From: an uncultured Candidatus Rokubacteria bacterium
GTDB taxonomy: Bacteria > Methylomirabilota > Methylomirabilia > Rokubacteriales > DASRDR01
Assembly: GCA_963805625.1 (NCBI GenBank)
Contig: CAWDVE010000010.1
Coordinates: forward strand, 1,504,001-1,568,000
Length of the DNA: 64,000 nucleotides
Direction of reading: 5' to 3'
Shown: one piece after another, positions 39,821-48,624 of the stretch
Numbering within the stretch: the stretch's first letter is position 1
Layout: each line of letters begins with the position of its first letter
Position numbers and translations under genes: made by a program
Notes under the pieces: generated by a model
What the model was told of the DNA's origin: nothing
The model's database searches: none
What the model saw: only the letters and a program-made list of their open reading frames with translations

Positions 39821-40543
39821 GTGACAACGACGCGCCCGTCCCGTCCGCTGATCGTCGCCCACCGTGGCGCCGCCGCGGTCGCGCCCGAGCACACGATTCC
39901 CGCCTACGAGTCCGCGGTCGCCGCCGGGGCCGATGCCCTGTGGCTCGACGTCCAGGAGACGGCCGACGAGCAGCTCGTCGTCGTCCACGACGTCCGGCTG
40001 GAGCGGACGACGAACGGACGGGGACCGGTGCGGGAGCGCACGGTCCGGGAGCTGAAGCGCCTGGACGCCGGGCGCTGGTTCGGCTGGCGGTTCCGCGGGC
40101 AGCGAATCCAGACGCTGCCGGAGGTGCTCGAGCGGTTTCGCGGCCGGGCCGGGTTCGTCGTGGCGCTCCGAGCCGGCTCGGACGTCTCCCCGGGCATCGA
40201 GGAGCGCGCGCTCGGCCTGCTGAACCTGTACGGGGCGGCGGACCGGACGCTCGTCGCCTCCTACGACCACCACGCCCTTCTCCGCTGCCGCGCCCTCGAC
40301 TGGGAAATCCGCCTCGGAGCACGCTTCGCGGGCCGGCCACTCGCGCCGGCGGCCCTCGCGCCGCCCGGGACCCTCACCACCCTTTGCCTCGACGCGGCGA
40401 TGGCCCTCGAGCGCGACGTGGCCGCCTGCCGCGAAGCGGGGCTGGAGTGCTACTTGACCGGAGTCGCGGGGGCGGCCGACGCCCGCCCTCTCGCAGCCTG
40501 GCAGCCCACCGCCCTGGTCATGGGGTCAGACTTTGACTTCTGA
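39821..40543 (+). CDS. glycerophosphodiester phosphodiesterase family protein (atypical metal site)
   Basis: IVAHRG, PEHT, LDVQETAD, VVHD, RTTNGRG, LDAG, TLPEVL. Confidence 0.8.
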   Translation: MTTTRPSRPLIVAHRGAAAVAPEHTIPAYESAVAAGADALWLDVQETADEQLVVVHDVRLERTTNGRGPVRERTVRELKRLDAGRWFGWRFRGQRIQTLPEVLERFRGRAGFVVALRAGSDVSPGIEERALGLLNLYGAADRTLVASYDHHALLRCRALDWEIRLGARFAGRPLAPAALAPPGTLTTLCLDAAMALERDVAACREAGLECYLTGVAGAADARPLAAWQPTALVMGSDFDF

Positions 40544-40638
40544 ACATCTCCTGGCGGCCTCTGAGCAAGTGGGGTCAGACTTTGATTCCCCGACATCCCA
40601 CCGCGACTCGAAATGTCGGGAAGTCAAAGTCTGACCCC
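40522..40638. repeat. three-copy cluster of the 26-bp GGGGTCAGACTTTGA.. repeat (two direct, one inverted)
   Basis: 40522 GGGGTCAGACTTTGACTTCTGAACAT; 40571 GGGGTCAGACTTTGATTCCCCGACAT; 40613-40638 reverse copy GGGGTCAGACTTTGACTTCCCGACAT. Confidence 0.9.
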
Positions 40639-41547
40639 GTCGAGTGCCGCGCGGATGGCATGACGCTCGGCGTCCGGGATCGGCGTGAGCGGGGGGCGGA
40701 CGTGGGCGGCGGGAATGCGGCCCAGGATCACCAGGGCCTCCTTCATCCGGTTGTGCATGTCGATGAAGGGAGGCGCGTAGAAGACGCGCACGAGTGGGTC
40801 GAGCCGGTCGTTGATCCGCCGCGCCTCCTCGAGGTCGCCCTTCCGGCAGGCGTCGAAGAGATCCGCCTGGAGGTCGGCCACCACGCTCCCCATCCCCGAG
40901 ATCGTGCCGTCGGCCCCCAGGAGGAAGCTCGCCATCAGGGACATCGTGAACGATGACAAGACGGCGACCGGACGGCCGGTGGCGCGGATCGCGCGCAGGT
41001 TCCGCTCGAACGCGACGATGTCGTTCGACCAGTCCTTGACTGCGGCCACCTGCGGGATCTCGCAGAGGCGCGCGAGCGTCTCCGGCGCGTAGCCGATCCC
41101 GGAGGCCGGTGGGTACTCGAAGACGACGATCGGGAGGTCCGCGCCCGCCGCCACCTCGCTCACGTGGCGGATCGCCATGTCGGGCTTGAGCTGGGCCCCC
41201 CACATGAAGTGCGTCGGCGGGAAGAGGAGGATCCCCGCGGCGCCTTCGGCCTTCGCATCCCGGGCGAGACGGACCGCCTCCTGGGTGCCATCGGTGAAGA
41301 CGCCGGCCACGACCGGCAGCGCCCCCCGCACCTCGTCGACCGCGATCGCGAGCGCTCGCCGCCGCTCCTCGCGGTCCAGCGAGGACACCTCGGCGGCGTG
41401 ACCGTTGACGACCAGCCCCGTGACGCCGCGCACCGCGGCGAGCCAGCGGAGGTGCCCGCGGTAGGCGGGCTCGTCGATCGAGAGGTCGGATCGGAATGGC
41501 AGCAGGTTCGCCGGCATCACGCCCTCGAAGCGGAGCGGCTGGCTCAT
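40624..41547 (-). CDS. DapA/NanA-like class I aldolase family protein
   Basis: GVMPANLLPF, NGHAAE, LPVVAGV, Schiff-base Lys in AAVKDWS, GADGTISG, VRPPL. Confidence 0.85.
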   Translation of the reverse strand: MSQPLRFEGVMPANLLPFRSDLSIDEPAYRGHLRWLAAVRGVTGLVVNGHAAEVSSLDREERRRALAIAVDEVRGALPVVAGVFTDGTQEAVRLARDAKAEGAAGILLFPPTHFMWGAQLKPDMAIRHVSEVAAGADLPIVVFEYPPASGIGYAPETLARLCEIPQVAAVKDWSNDIVAFERNLRAIRATGRPVAVLSSFTMSLMASFLLGADGTISGMGSVVADLQADLFDACRKGDLEEARRINDRLDPLVRVFYAPPFIDMHNRMKEALVILGRIPAAHVRPPLTPIPDAERHAIRAALDGVRL

Positions 41548-41670
41548 CGGATCCTCCTTGGATTCACTCGCGACGCGCCCGTGAGGCGACCAATCTCAGT
41601 CCATCCGGCCGCATCGTCGGCAGTGTCGTCTCCATCTGCCCTGGTTGCGCTGGCCGGCACCGGCCCGGCC

Positions 41671-42678
41671 TCAGGTGAGCTCGGGCTCCTTGCCACGCTC
41701 CGCTTCCATCGCGCCGATCGCCTCGTCGACGCCGCTGCGGTCGTGGACGATCGCCGACACGGCGGCCGCGATGGCCCGCGGGTCGTCCGCGCCCGGGTAG
41801 AGGACGTTCCGGCCGATCATGGCGCCCCGGACGTTCGCGCCCGCCGCCATCCCCCGCCGCAGGTCCTCGAGGACCGGCCGGGCATCCCCGACCGCCTCGC
41901 CGCCCAGGAGCACCAGCGGCAGCGTCGTCGCGCGCGCGACGCGCTCGAACTCCGGGCAGGTCGGCAGCTTGATCCAGGTGTAGAGGGAGCTCGCCCCCAG
42001 GGCGGACGCCACGCTGACGGCGTCGATCAGGGCCCGCGCCGTGCGGACGACCTTGTAGGTCCCGTTGTCGCGGACGACCGGCAGGGGCTCGAGGAACGAC
42101 AGGAGGCTCGACTCGGCCAGCTCGCTGACCGCCCGCACGCACCCCTCGATCGTGGCGAGCGAGCCGCGATCCGTGGGGTCGATGCGCACCATGAACTTGC
42201 CGCCGTCCAGCCCCAGAACGAGCATCCGGCGCGTCGTGAAGGCCGTGAACCGGTCGTCCATCTCCCAGGTGGACCCCGGCAAGCCCCCGCGGTTCATGCA
42301 ACCGATCAGGAGCCGCTCGTCGAGCGGGCTCTGCCCGCCCCGCTCGCGGATGAGCCCGGCCAGGATCAGGAGATCCTCGACGATGTCCGGCGTCGACATG
42401 ACGCCGTCGATCCCCGGATGGCTCAGGACCCGGAGGATCCGCGCCAGGAACTCGTGGCGGTCCGCCATGGCCACGGGATCGTCCTGGATCTTGAGGCTCG
42501 CGCGGCCGGGATGGTCCGCGGCCAGGATGACCAGCTTGCCGCCGGGCGCCGCCACGCGCCGCCGCGTGCGCCGGTCCGCCTCGCCGTCCGCAAAGCCGGG
42601 CTGTCGGACCCGGAGGTCGGTGATCGCATCGTAGATCTCGCGCGGCAAGTAGGCGCGCGCATCGAATCCCGTCGCCAT
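41671..42678 (-). CDS. Cgl0159-like (beta/alpha)8 aldolase-family protein
   Basis: LAADHPGR, GCMNRGGL, WEMDDRFT, FLEP, WIKLP, LLGG, GRNVLYP; AAGGAG RBS. Confidence 0.75.
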   Translation of the reverse strand: MATGFDARAYLPREIYDAITDLRVRQPGFADGEADRRTRRRVAAPGGKLVILAADHPGRASLKIQDDPVAMADRHEFLARILRVLSHPGIDGVMSTPDIVEDLLILAGLIRERGGQSPLDERLLIGCMNRGGLPGSTWEMDDRFTAFTTRRMLVLGLDGGKFMVRIDPTDRGSLATIEGCVRAVSELAESSLLSFLEPLPVVRDNGTYKVVRTARALIDAVSVASALGASSLYTWIKLPTCPEFERVARATTLPLVLLGGEAVGDARPVLEDLRRGMAAGANVRGAMIGRNVLYPGADDPRAIAAAVSAIVHDRSGVDEAIGAMEAERGKEPELT

Positions 42679-42958
42679 CGTCGGCTCCTTCATCTACTGG
42701 TATCTGCTGGCATTGTCCGCTGGCGATCCCGGCCAGCCGCGGGTCGGGCGCGGTGGCCTCCCCCTCAGGCAGCGTGTGCCGCGCCAGGATCGCCGAAATC
42801 CGCCAGCCCCACAAGGGACGATCCGCGAGCGCCGCGGGCATGCCGCGCCCCTGCCCGGAGACCCTACATGAGTACGCTGCGCTGAAACCAGACCGCGTCG
42901 GCGAGGGTGCGGTGGCCACGTCGTGCGAGCTCGGGCAGCAGCCCTCGAGGCCGCTCCC

Positions 42959-43153
42959 TCACCAGCCCGAATCCCGCCCACCGGTGAGCCAGAAGAGGAG
43001 AGCGATGATTCCAGCCCACACCAGGAACAGGTACAGCACCAGGGAAGGGATGCCGAGGACCGCCACGGGCCGGTTCACCACGGTCAGGAAAGGCCACGAC
43101 AGGAGAACGAGGCCGAGCGCGAAGAGCGCGACGAGCAGGTCCTTGCTCTTCAT
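42959..43153 (-). CDS. small 2-TM protein of the type found beside solute-symporter/sensor genes
   Basis: MKSKDLLVALFALGLVLLSWPFL..VLGIPSLVLYLFLVWAGIIALL. Confidence 0.7.
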   Translation of the reverse strand: MKSKDLLVALFALGLVLLSWPFLTVVNRPVAVLGIPSLVLYLFLVWAGIIALLFWLTGGRDSGW

Positions 43154-43267
43154 CGAGCGTTCCCCGGACGCCGCCGGCACCCCAAAGTGGGGGGATTATA
43201 GGCCGGCTCCGGGGCGCATGACCAGCCGGTCGGTCCCCGAACCCACGGCCGAGTATACTGACTGTAG

Positions 43268-45496
43268 ATGCGCCTGAATCTGCGCCTACTGGCGGCAATT
43301 TGGCTCCCGATCATGATGGTTGTCGGGACGTTCGCGTACGTCTCGGTGGAACGGGAGCACGCGCGTCTGTCCACCGAGCTCGAGCGCCGTGCGTGGCTGC
43401 TCGGTGAGGGCCTCAAGGAGGCGGTGGAGCCCCTGCTCGACCGGGGGTCCCGGGCGCAGATCGAGCGCATCGTTCAGCGCTTCGGGACTCCCTCACGCGG
43501 GGTTGCGGTGTACGATCGCTCCGGGACGCTCATCGCCGCAACGCGCAGTGGGCGCCCCTGCTCCAGGCACCCTTGCCGGCCGTCCCCCTGGCCCTGACCG
43601 ACGTCGCCCCCAAGCAAGGGTTCCAGTCCTTCGGCGGGCGCGAGACCCACTATTACGCCGTCCCCCTCGTCACCGATCAGCGGGCTCGCGGCGTGCTCGT
43701 CATCCTCTCCGACGCCACCCACATCGATCGCGCGCGGTGGGAGCTGGCGGAGCAGTACCTGATAGCGTTCGTCGTGCTCGTGGTGGCGCTCAGTCTTGTC
43801 ACGCTGTTAGTCGTGCGCAGAATCGTGACTCATCCGCTGAACCGGCTGGCGGAGTGGGCTCGCCAGCTCCGGGCCGGACAGCCCGGTCCGGCGCCACCCA
43901 TGCCGGATGAGGCCCTCTTCGGTCCGATCGCCTCCGAGGTGAGAGATCTCGCCCGGAGCCTCGCCAAGGCGCGGATGGCGATCGCCGAGGAAGCCCGGCT
44001 CCGGCTCCGGGGCGAGGCGGTGTGGACGGAGGAGCGGCTCGCGCAGTTCGCCCGAGCCCGTCTCGGGAAGCGGCCCCTGGTCGTCGTCTCGAACCGAGAG
44101 CCGGTGAGCCATGTGCGGCGGGGCCGCGGCATCGTCACGCTCACGCCCGCCAGCGGCGTCGTCACGGCGATGGAGCCCGTGATGCGCGCCTGCGGCGGCG
44201 TCTGGGTTGCCCACGGCAGCGGTGACGCCGATCGCGAGGTCGTCGACGAGCGGGGCATGATTCGCCTCCCGCCGGACGCCCCCCGATACGCCCTCAAGCG
44301 TCTCTGGCTCTCCGAGGAAGAGGAGACCGGCTACTACTACGGCTTCGCCAACGAGGGCCTGTGGCCGCTCTGCCACATCGTCCACGCCCGGCCCATCTTC
44401 CGCCCCGAGGACTGGCGCCAGTACGCGGTCGTCAACGCGAAGTTCGCGGACGCGGTGCTCGAGGAGATCGCCGACACGGATGACCCGGCCGTCCTGATCC
44501 AGGATTACCACTTCGCCCTGCTGCCCCGCCTCATCAAGGAGAAGCGTCCCGACGCCCACGTCGCGCTCTTCTGGCACATTCCGTGGCCGAACCCGGAGGC
44601 GTTCGGAATCTGCCCCTGGCAGACCGAGATCATCGACGGGATGCTCGGTGCCGACCTGGTTGGCTTCCACACGCAGTTCCATTGCAACAATTTCCTGGAA
44701 ACGGTGGATCGCATCGTGGAGGCGCGGATCGACTGGGAGCGTTTCTCGGTGGCGCGGAACCAGCATGACACGCTGGTCAAGCCCTTCCCGATCAGCGTGG
44801 CCCCCCGGTTCGTCGACGAGCCCCCCGCTACGAACCGGGCCGCGCTCCTTCAGGAGCTGGGTATCGACGTGGAGTTCCTGGGTGTCGGCGTCGAGCGCAT
44901 CGACTACACGAAGGGCCTCCCGGAGCGGTTCGCCGCAATCCGGCGCTTCTTCACCCAGCACCCGGAGTATCGAGGACGGCTGACGTTCGTCCAGCTCGCC
45001 GCGCCGAGCCGGAGCCGCATCACGCGGTACCGCGCGCTCGAGGAGGAGCTCGACCAGCTCACCGGCCAGATCAACGGGGAGCTCGCGAGCGGGAGCTGGC
45101 GGCCGATCGTGCTCCTCAAGCGCCATCACGACCACCGGGACGTCTGGCCGTTCTACCGCTGGGCGGACTTCGTGATGGTGACGTCGCTCCACGACGGCAT
45201 GAACCTCGTGGCCAAGGAGTTCGTGTCCGTCCGCGAGGACGGCGACGGCGTGCTCATCCTGAGCCGGTTCACCGGCGCCGCCCGGGAGCTCCGCGACGCT
45301 CTTCTCGTCAACCCCTACGACGTCGACGAGATGGCCGACGGCCATCCGGAGAGCCGTCGAGATGCCGGCCGGCGAGCGGCGGAGCCGCATGGCGCGGATG
45401 CGCCAGATGGTGAGCGAGCACAACATCTATCGCTGGGCGGGTCTCCTGCTCGGAGAGCTCGCGCGCCTGCCAGGCCAGGCGGACCGGTCCGACTGA
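43268..45496 (+). CDS. otsA: trehalose-6-phosphate synthase (GT20) with N-terminal TM-sensor-TM-HAMP region; two frameshifts (~43550 and ~45340)
   Basis: [63 protein letters not shown]; the C-terminus ([15 protein letters not shown]) is in the +1 frame ending at 45496. Confidence 0.88.
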
Positions 45497-45543
45497 ACCG
45501 CCGCCCCTGACCCCGGCCCGGGCTAGGGCTACCTCCTGCCGCC

Positions 45544-46866
45544 GTGCGACTCAGCCCGAGCTGCGACCCCGCCCTGCGCCAGCTTGTGCGGAACGCGGGA
45601 TGGCTCCTCATGTCCGACGGAACCGTGCTCGTGGCCGGGCTCCTGGGAGCGTTGGTCGCCGCGAAGGGGCTGGGAGCGCCGGAGTTCGGGCGCATCACTC
45701 TCGTGTGGAGCGTGGTCGGGATCGCGCATCTCCTGGTGGACGTCCGGGCCTGGGAGGCCGTGACCCGGTATCTGAGCGAGTTCACCAGCCGACATGAGAC
45801 CGGATTGGCCCTCGCGACACTGAAGGTGGCGATCCTCGTGGAAGCGACCGTGGCCGTCCTCGGCTTCGGTCTGCTGTGGCTCACTTCCGCGTGGGTCGCG
45901 ACGCGGCTGTTCGGCAACCCGGCCCTCGAGACGCTCATCCTCCTGGGGGCGATGACGCTCGTGGTGGGCGCCTTCGACCGGACGGCCCGTGCCGTCCTGC
46001 GAGTGTTCGACCGGTTCCGCACGCTCGGGCTCTGCTCGGCGATCGAGGCGGTGGCCAGCCTCCTCTTCGTGGTCGGGGCGGTGGCCGCAGAGGCCAAGGC
46101 GAAGGGCGTGCTCATCGCCCACCTGGCGGCCGCCCTCGCCGGGGCTCTCATGCTGCTGGCGGTCGCCGGGCGCGAGGTCCACGCCAAGCTCTGGCCCGCG
46201 CGAGCAGCCGCACGGCTCGCCGTCGTGCTCCCCTACCGGCGCGAGATGCTCGCATTCGTCGGCCACAGCGCCGTTCGCGCGACGCTGAAGGTGGTGACAC
46301 GGCGGCTCGACCTCATCCTCCTCGGACACTTCCGACCGCCGGCGGAGGTGGGAACGTACGGCGCGGCCCTCCGGCTGACGCAGGTCCTAGAAGAAGTCAG
46401 CGATCCGCTCTACTTCGCGGCGTTCCCCCAGCTCGCGCGGGCGTGGGTGGAGGCGCGGGACGAGTTCGTCCGGTTGCTGCGCCAAATGGCGGCCGGCCTC
46501 GCGATTCTGACGACGGCCGCCGTCGGCCTAGGGGTGGCCGGAGCACCTCTGGTCGTGTCCCTCGCGCTCGGCCCGGACTACGCGGCGGCGCCGGCGCCGT
46601 TCCGCGTGCTGCTGCTAGCCACAGGAGTGGCGGTCGCGACGCTCTGGGCTACCCCCGCGATGCTGGGCAGCGGACAGCCGGCGGTCGCGACGGCGGCCGC
46701 GACGTCCGGGGCCGCGTGCCTGGCGGTTGTCCTCTTCGTCCTCGTCCCGACGTGGGGGATCACGGGCGCGGCCTGGGCCCGGGTCGGGGGCGCCTTCGGC
46801 TACCTGGTCGTGGTCCTGCCATGGCTGACGCGGATCACGAGGCGGTCGCCGGGAAACGGGGGTTAG
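45544..46866 (+). CDS. oligosaccharide flippase (Wzx/MOP superfamily)
   Basis: LVRNAGWL, LGAPEFG, LDLILLG..EVGTYGAA, FPQLAR, WGITGAAWA; ~12 TM segments. Confidence 0.85.
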   Translation: MRLSPSCDPALRQLVRNAGWLLMSDGTVLVAGLLGALVAAKGLGAPEFGRITLVWSVVGIAHLLVDVRAWEAVTRYLSEFTSRHETGLALATLKVAILVEATVAVLGFGLLWLTSAWVATRLFGNPALETLILLGAMTLVVGAFDRTARAVLRVFDRFRTLGLCSAIEAVASLLFVVGAVAAEAKAKGVLIAHLAAALAGALMLLAVAGREVHAKLWPARAAARLAVVLPYRREMLAFVGHSAVRATLKVVTRRLDLILLGHFRPPAEVGTYGAALRLTQVLEEVSDPLYFAAFPQLARAWVEARDEFVRLLRQMAAGLAILTTAAVGLGVAGAPLVVSLALGPDYAAAPAPFRVLLLATGVAVATLWATPAMLGSGQPAVATAAATSGAACLAVVLFVLVPTWGITGAAWARVGGAFGYLVVVLPWLTRITRRSPGNGG

Positions 46867-47204
46867 TCCCCGAGGGTCGAGCATCGGGCGCGCACGTCGT
46901 CGGGCGACCGGCAATCCTTGACATGCTCGACCAGCGCTCCGAGCGGGGTGGCGCGCGCGCTGCCGTCCGGTGCCCCGGCCGTCAGTCGACCGAGGATCGC
47001 CTTGCCCTTCGGCGCGTCGAGATCGAGCTCGAAGAGCGTCTCGCCCGACGCGAGGCCGAGCCACTTGAGGGTGGTAATGTTCAGGCGACCGCCCTTGAAT
47101 CCGCCCTTGTCGTGGCTGACGAGGATCTTCTCGCCGCTGTCCAGGGCGATCTGGCAGAAGGCCCCCGCTTTGGGATCGGTCACGAACCGTCCGACCTTGC
47201 CCAT
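46863..47204 (-). CDS. hypothetical protein (113 aa)
   Basis: GGGAGG RBS; ordinary globular composition and GC-biased third positions. Confidence 0.7.
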   Translation of the reverse strand: MGKVGRFVTDPKAGAFCQIALDSGEKILVSHDKGGFKGGRLNITTLKWLGLASGETLFELDLDAPKGKAILGRLTAGAPDGSARATPLGALVEHVKDCRSPDDVRARCSTLGD

Positions 47205-47238
47205 GGTCACCTCCCTGGTGGGGATGCCCCCACCCCCG

Positions 47239-47337
47239 TCAACCCATGACGAACCGGAAACCGAGGATCAACGACAGCGCGACCAGCAGCATGGCGACCC
47301 CGAGGACAATTCCCTCCCAGCCTTCCTTGATGCGCAT
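47239..47337 (-). CDS. 32-aa single-TM micro-protein
   Basis: GAAGGAG RBS then MRIKEGWEGIVLGVAMLLVALSLILGFRFVMG*. Confidence 0.55.
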   Translation of the reverse strand: MRIKEGWEGIVLGVAMLLVALSLILGFRFVMG

Positions 47338-47419
47338 CTCGACGCTCCTTCGGGTGGGGAATACCTCTCGCGCCGTGGTCGATGCGTCGGCGCAGCCCGG
47401 GAACGATTCGAGAGCGGAG

Positions 47420-47737
47420 CTAGTGGTCTTCCGACGGAGACGGCGCCGCGGAGAAGTGCGGCGGCGGCGCGCGCCGGACGGCACGGAACGCGCGGCTCGA
47501 GGGCCGCAAGGGCAACGAGGCCGGCCGAGCGAGGGTGGCGCCTATCGGGACGGCGCCCCAGCTCGGGCACACCGTGACGAGGCGCACGGGAACGGCCGCC
47601 GGTCGCGCCGGGCGGGCCGTCCGGTCGCCCTGGACGACCTCGATGGACCCCGCCTCGAAGCTCACCGCTCCTGGCATCAGGGGGTTGGCGAAGTCCAGCG
47701 TCACGTAGAGGAGCAGGAGGAGCGGAAAGCGCCGCAT
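47420..47737 (-). CDS. hypothetical protein with a hydrophobic N-terminus (105 aa)
   Basis: MRRFPLLLLLYVTLDFANPLMPGAV..SPSEDH; extended -10 TGcTAGGAT 8 nt upstream. Confidence 0.6.
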   Translation of the reverse strand: MRRFPLLLLLYVTLDFANPLMPGAVSFEAGSIEVVQGDRTARPARPAAVPVRLVTVCPSWGAVPIGATLARPASLPLRPSSRAFRAVRRAPPPHFSAAPSPSEDH

Positions 47738-47801
47738 CCCGGGCTATCCTAGCACCGGTCCCAGTGCTGGCGTCGCCGGTGGCCAACGACGACACTCGGC
47801 A

Positions 47802-48407
47802 TCACGGCAGCGCGGGAAGCCCGAGGAGGGCCCGGAGGTCCGCCGCGAGGGCGCCGAGCGACGCCGGCTCGTAGCGCGCCCGGATCCCGCCGGCCGCGTC
47901 GATGAGCGTCACCGCGCAGCTCGCCTCGACGCGCTCCCCCGCCCGCCGGACCTCGATGCCGTAGCGGCGCGTGACGACGTCGACCTGCCCGGCCCGGTCC
48001 TCGGTGAGAAGGATCCACGCGGGCGCCCGGAGGCCGTTGGCGCGCCCGAACTCCCGCAGCACGGCCGCCGAGTCCCGCGCGGGATCCACCGTCACCAGCG
48101 CGAAGAAGACGCGGCGTCCCGGAGCGTCCCCGAGCCCCCGCGCGACGTCGGCGAGTCCCGGCACGACGCCCGGGCAGGCCCCGCAGTCCGTGCAGCCAAA
48201 GGCGAGGACGACCGCCCGGCCCCGGAGCTGGGTGAGCCAGAGCCGATCGTTCTGCTGCGTGGTCAGGGCGAAGTTCGGCGCGGGGCTGCCGGGCGCCGGC
48301 GGCAGTGCCGTCGCGGCCCCCCCGGGGGCCGCCGACAGCCACGCCGCAGCCACCAGCAGGACCGTCAGACGGAGGCGCGAGCCGCACGTGGTCGGTCGGG
48401 TTGCCAT
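47802..48407 (-). CDS. SCO1/SenC-like thioredoxin-fold protein (variant ligand set)
   Basis: Signal/TM, APNFALTTQ, LRGRAVVLAF, CTDCGACP, VTVDPARDS, WILLT, TLIDAAG.IR. Confidence 0.8.
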   Translation of the reverse strand: MATRPTTCGSRLRLTVLLVAAAWLSAAPGGAATALPPAPGSPAPNFALTTQQNDRLWLTQLRGRAVVLAFGCTDCGACPGVVPGLADVARGLGDAPGRRVFFALVTVDPARDSAAVLREFGRANGLRAPAWILLTEDRAGQVDVVTRRYGIEVRRAGERVEASCAVTLIDAAGGIRARYEPASLGALAADLRALLGLPALP

Positions 48408-48473
48408 CGAGTCCTCGTAGATTCGGGCTCAGCATCTCTGCTCGGCATCCGGCACGCAAGAGGGCCGTGTTCA

Positions 48474-48502
48474 TTGACAGCGCTCTCCCCCCCGGGTAGG
48501 CT
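48474..48502 (+). promoter_or_regulatory. near-consensus sigma70 promoter for the DUF169-MtaA/URO-D gene
   Basis: TTGACA (48474-48479), 17 nt, TAGGCT (48497-48502). Confidence 0.7.
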
Positions 48503-48624
48503 CGGACCTGACGGACACGGCCGCCCGACACCCCCAGCAGCGCCATGACGCTCGACGAGTGCTCCCGGGGGCGACGCCTGCAGTCTTCCCGGTCTCGAGC
48601 GGCACCCACGTCGGAGGAGATCGC

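Noticed and set aside
40522-40638. Mini CRISPR array
   Set aside because: Only two direct copies plus one inverted copy, irregular spacing and no cas genes; fits a REP/MITE-like element better.
43540-43560. Programmed ribosomal frameshift producing sensor-only and full-length OtsA
   Set aside because: No slippery heptamer or homopolymer run, and a second unrelated frameshift in the same gene points to error or decay.
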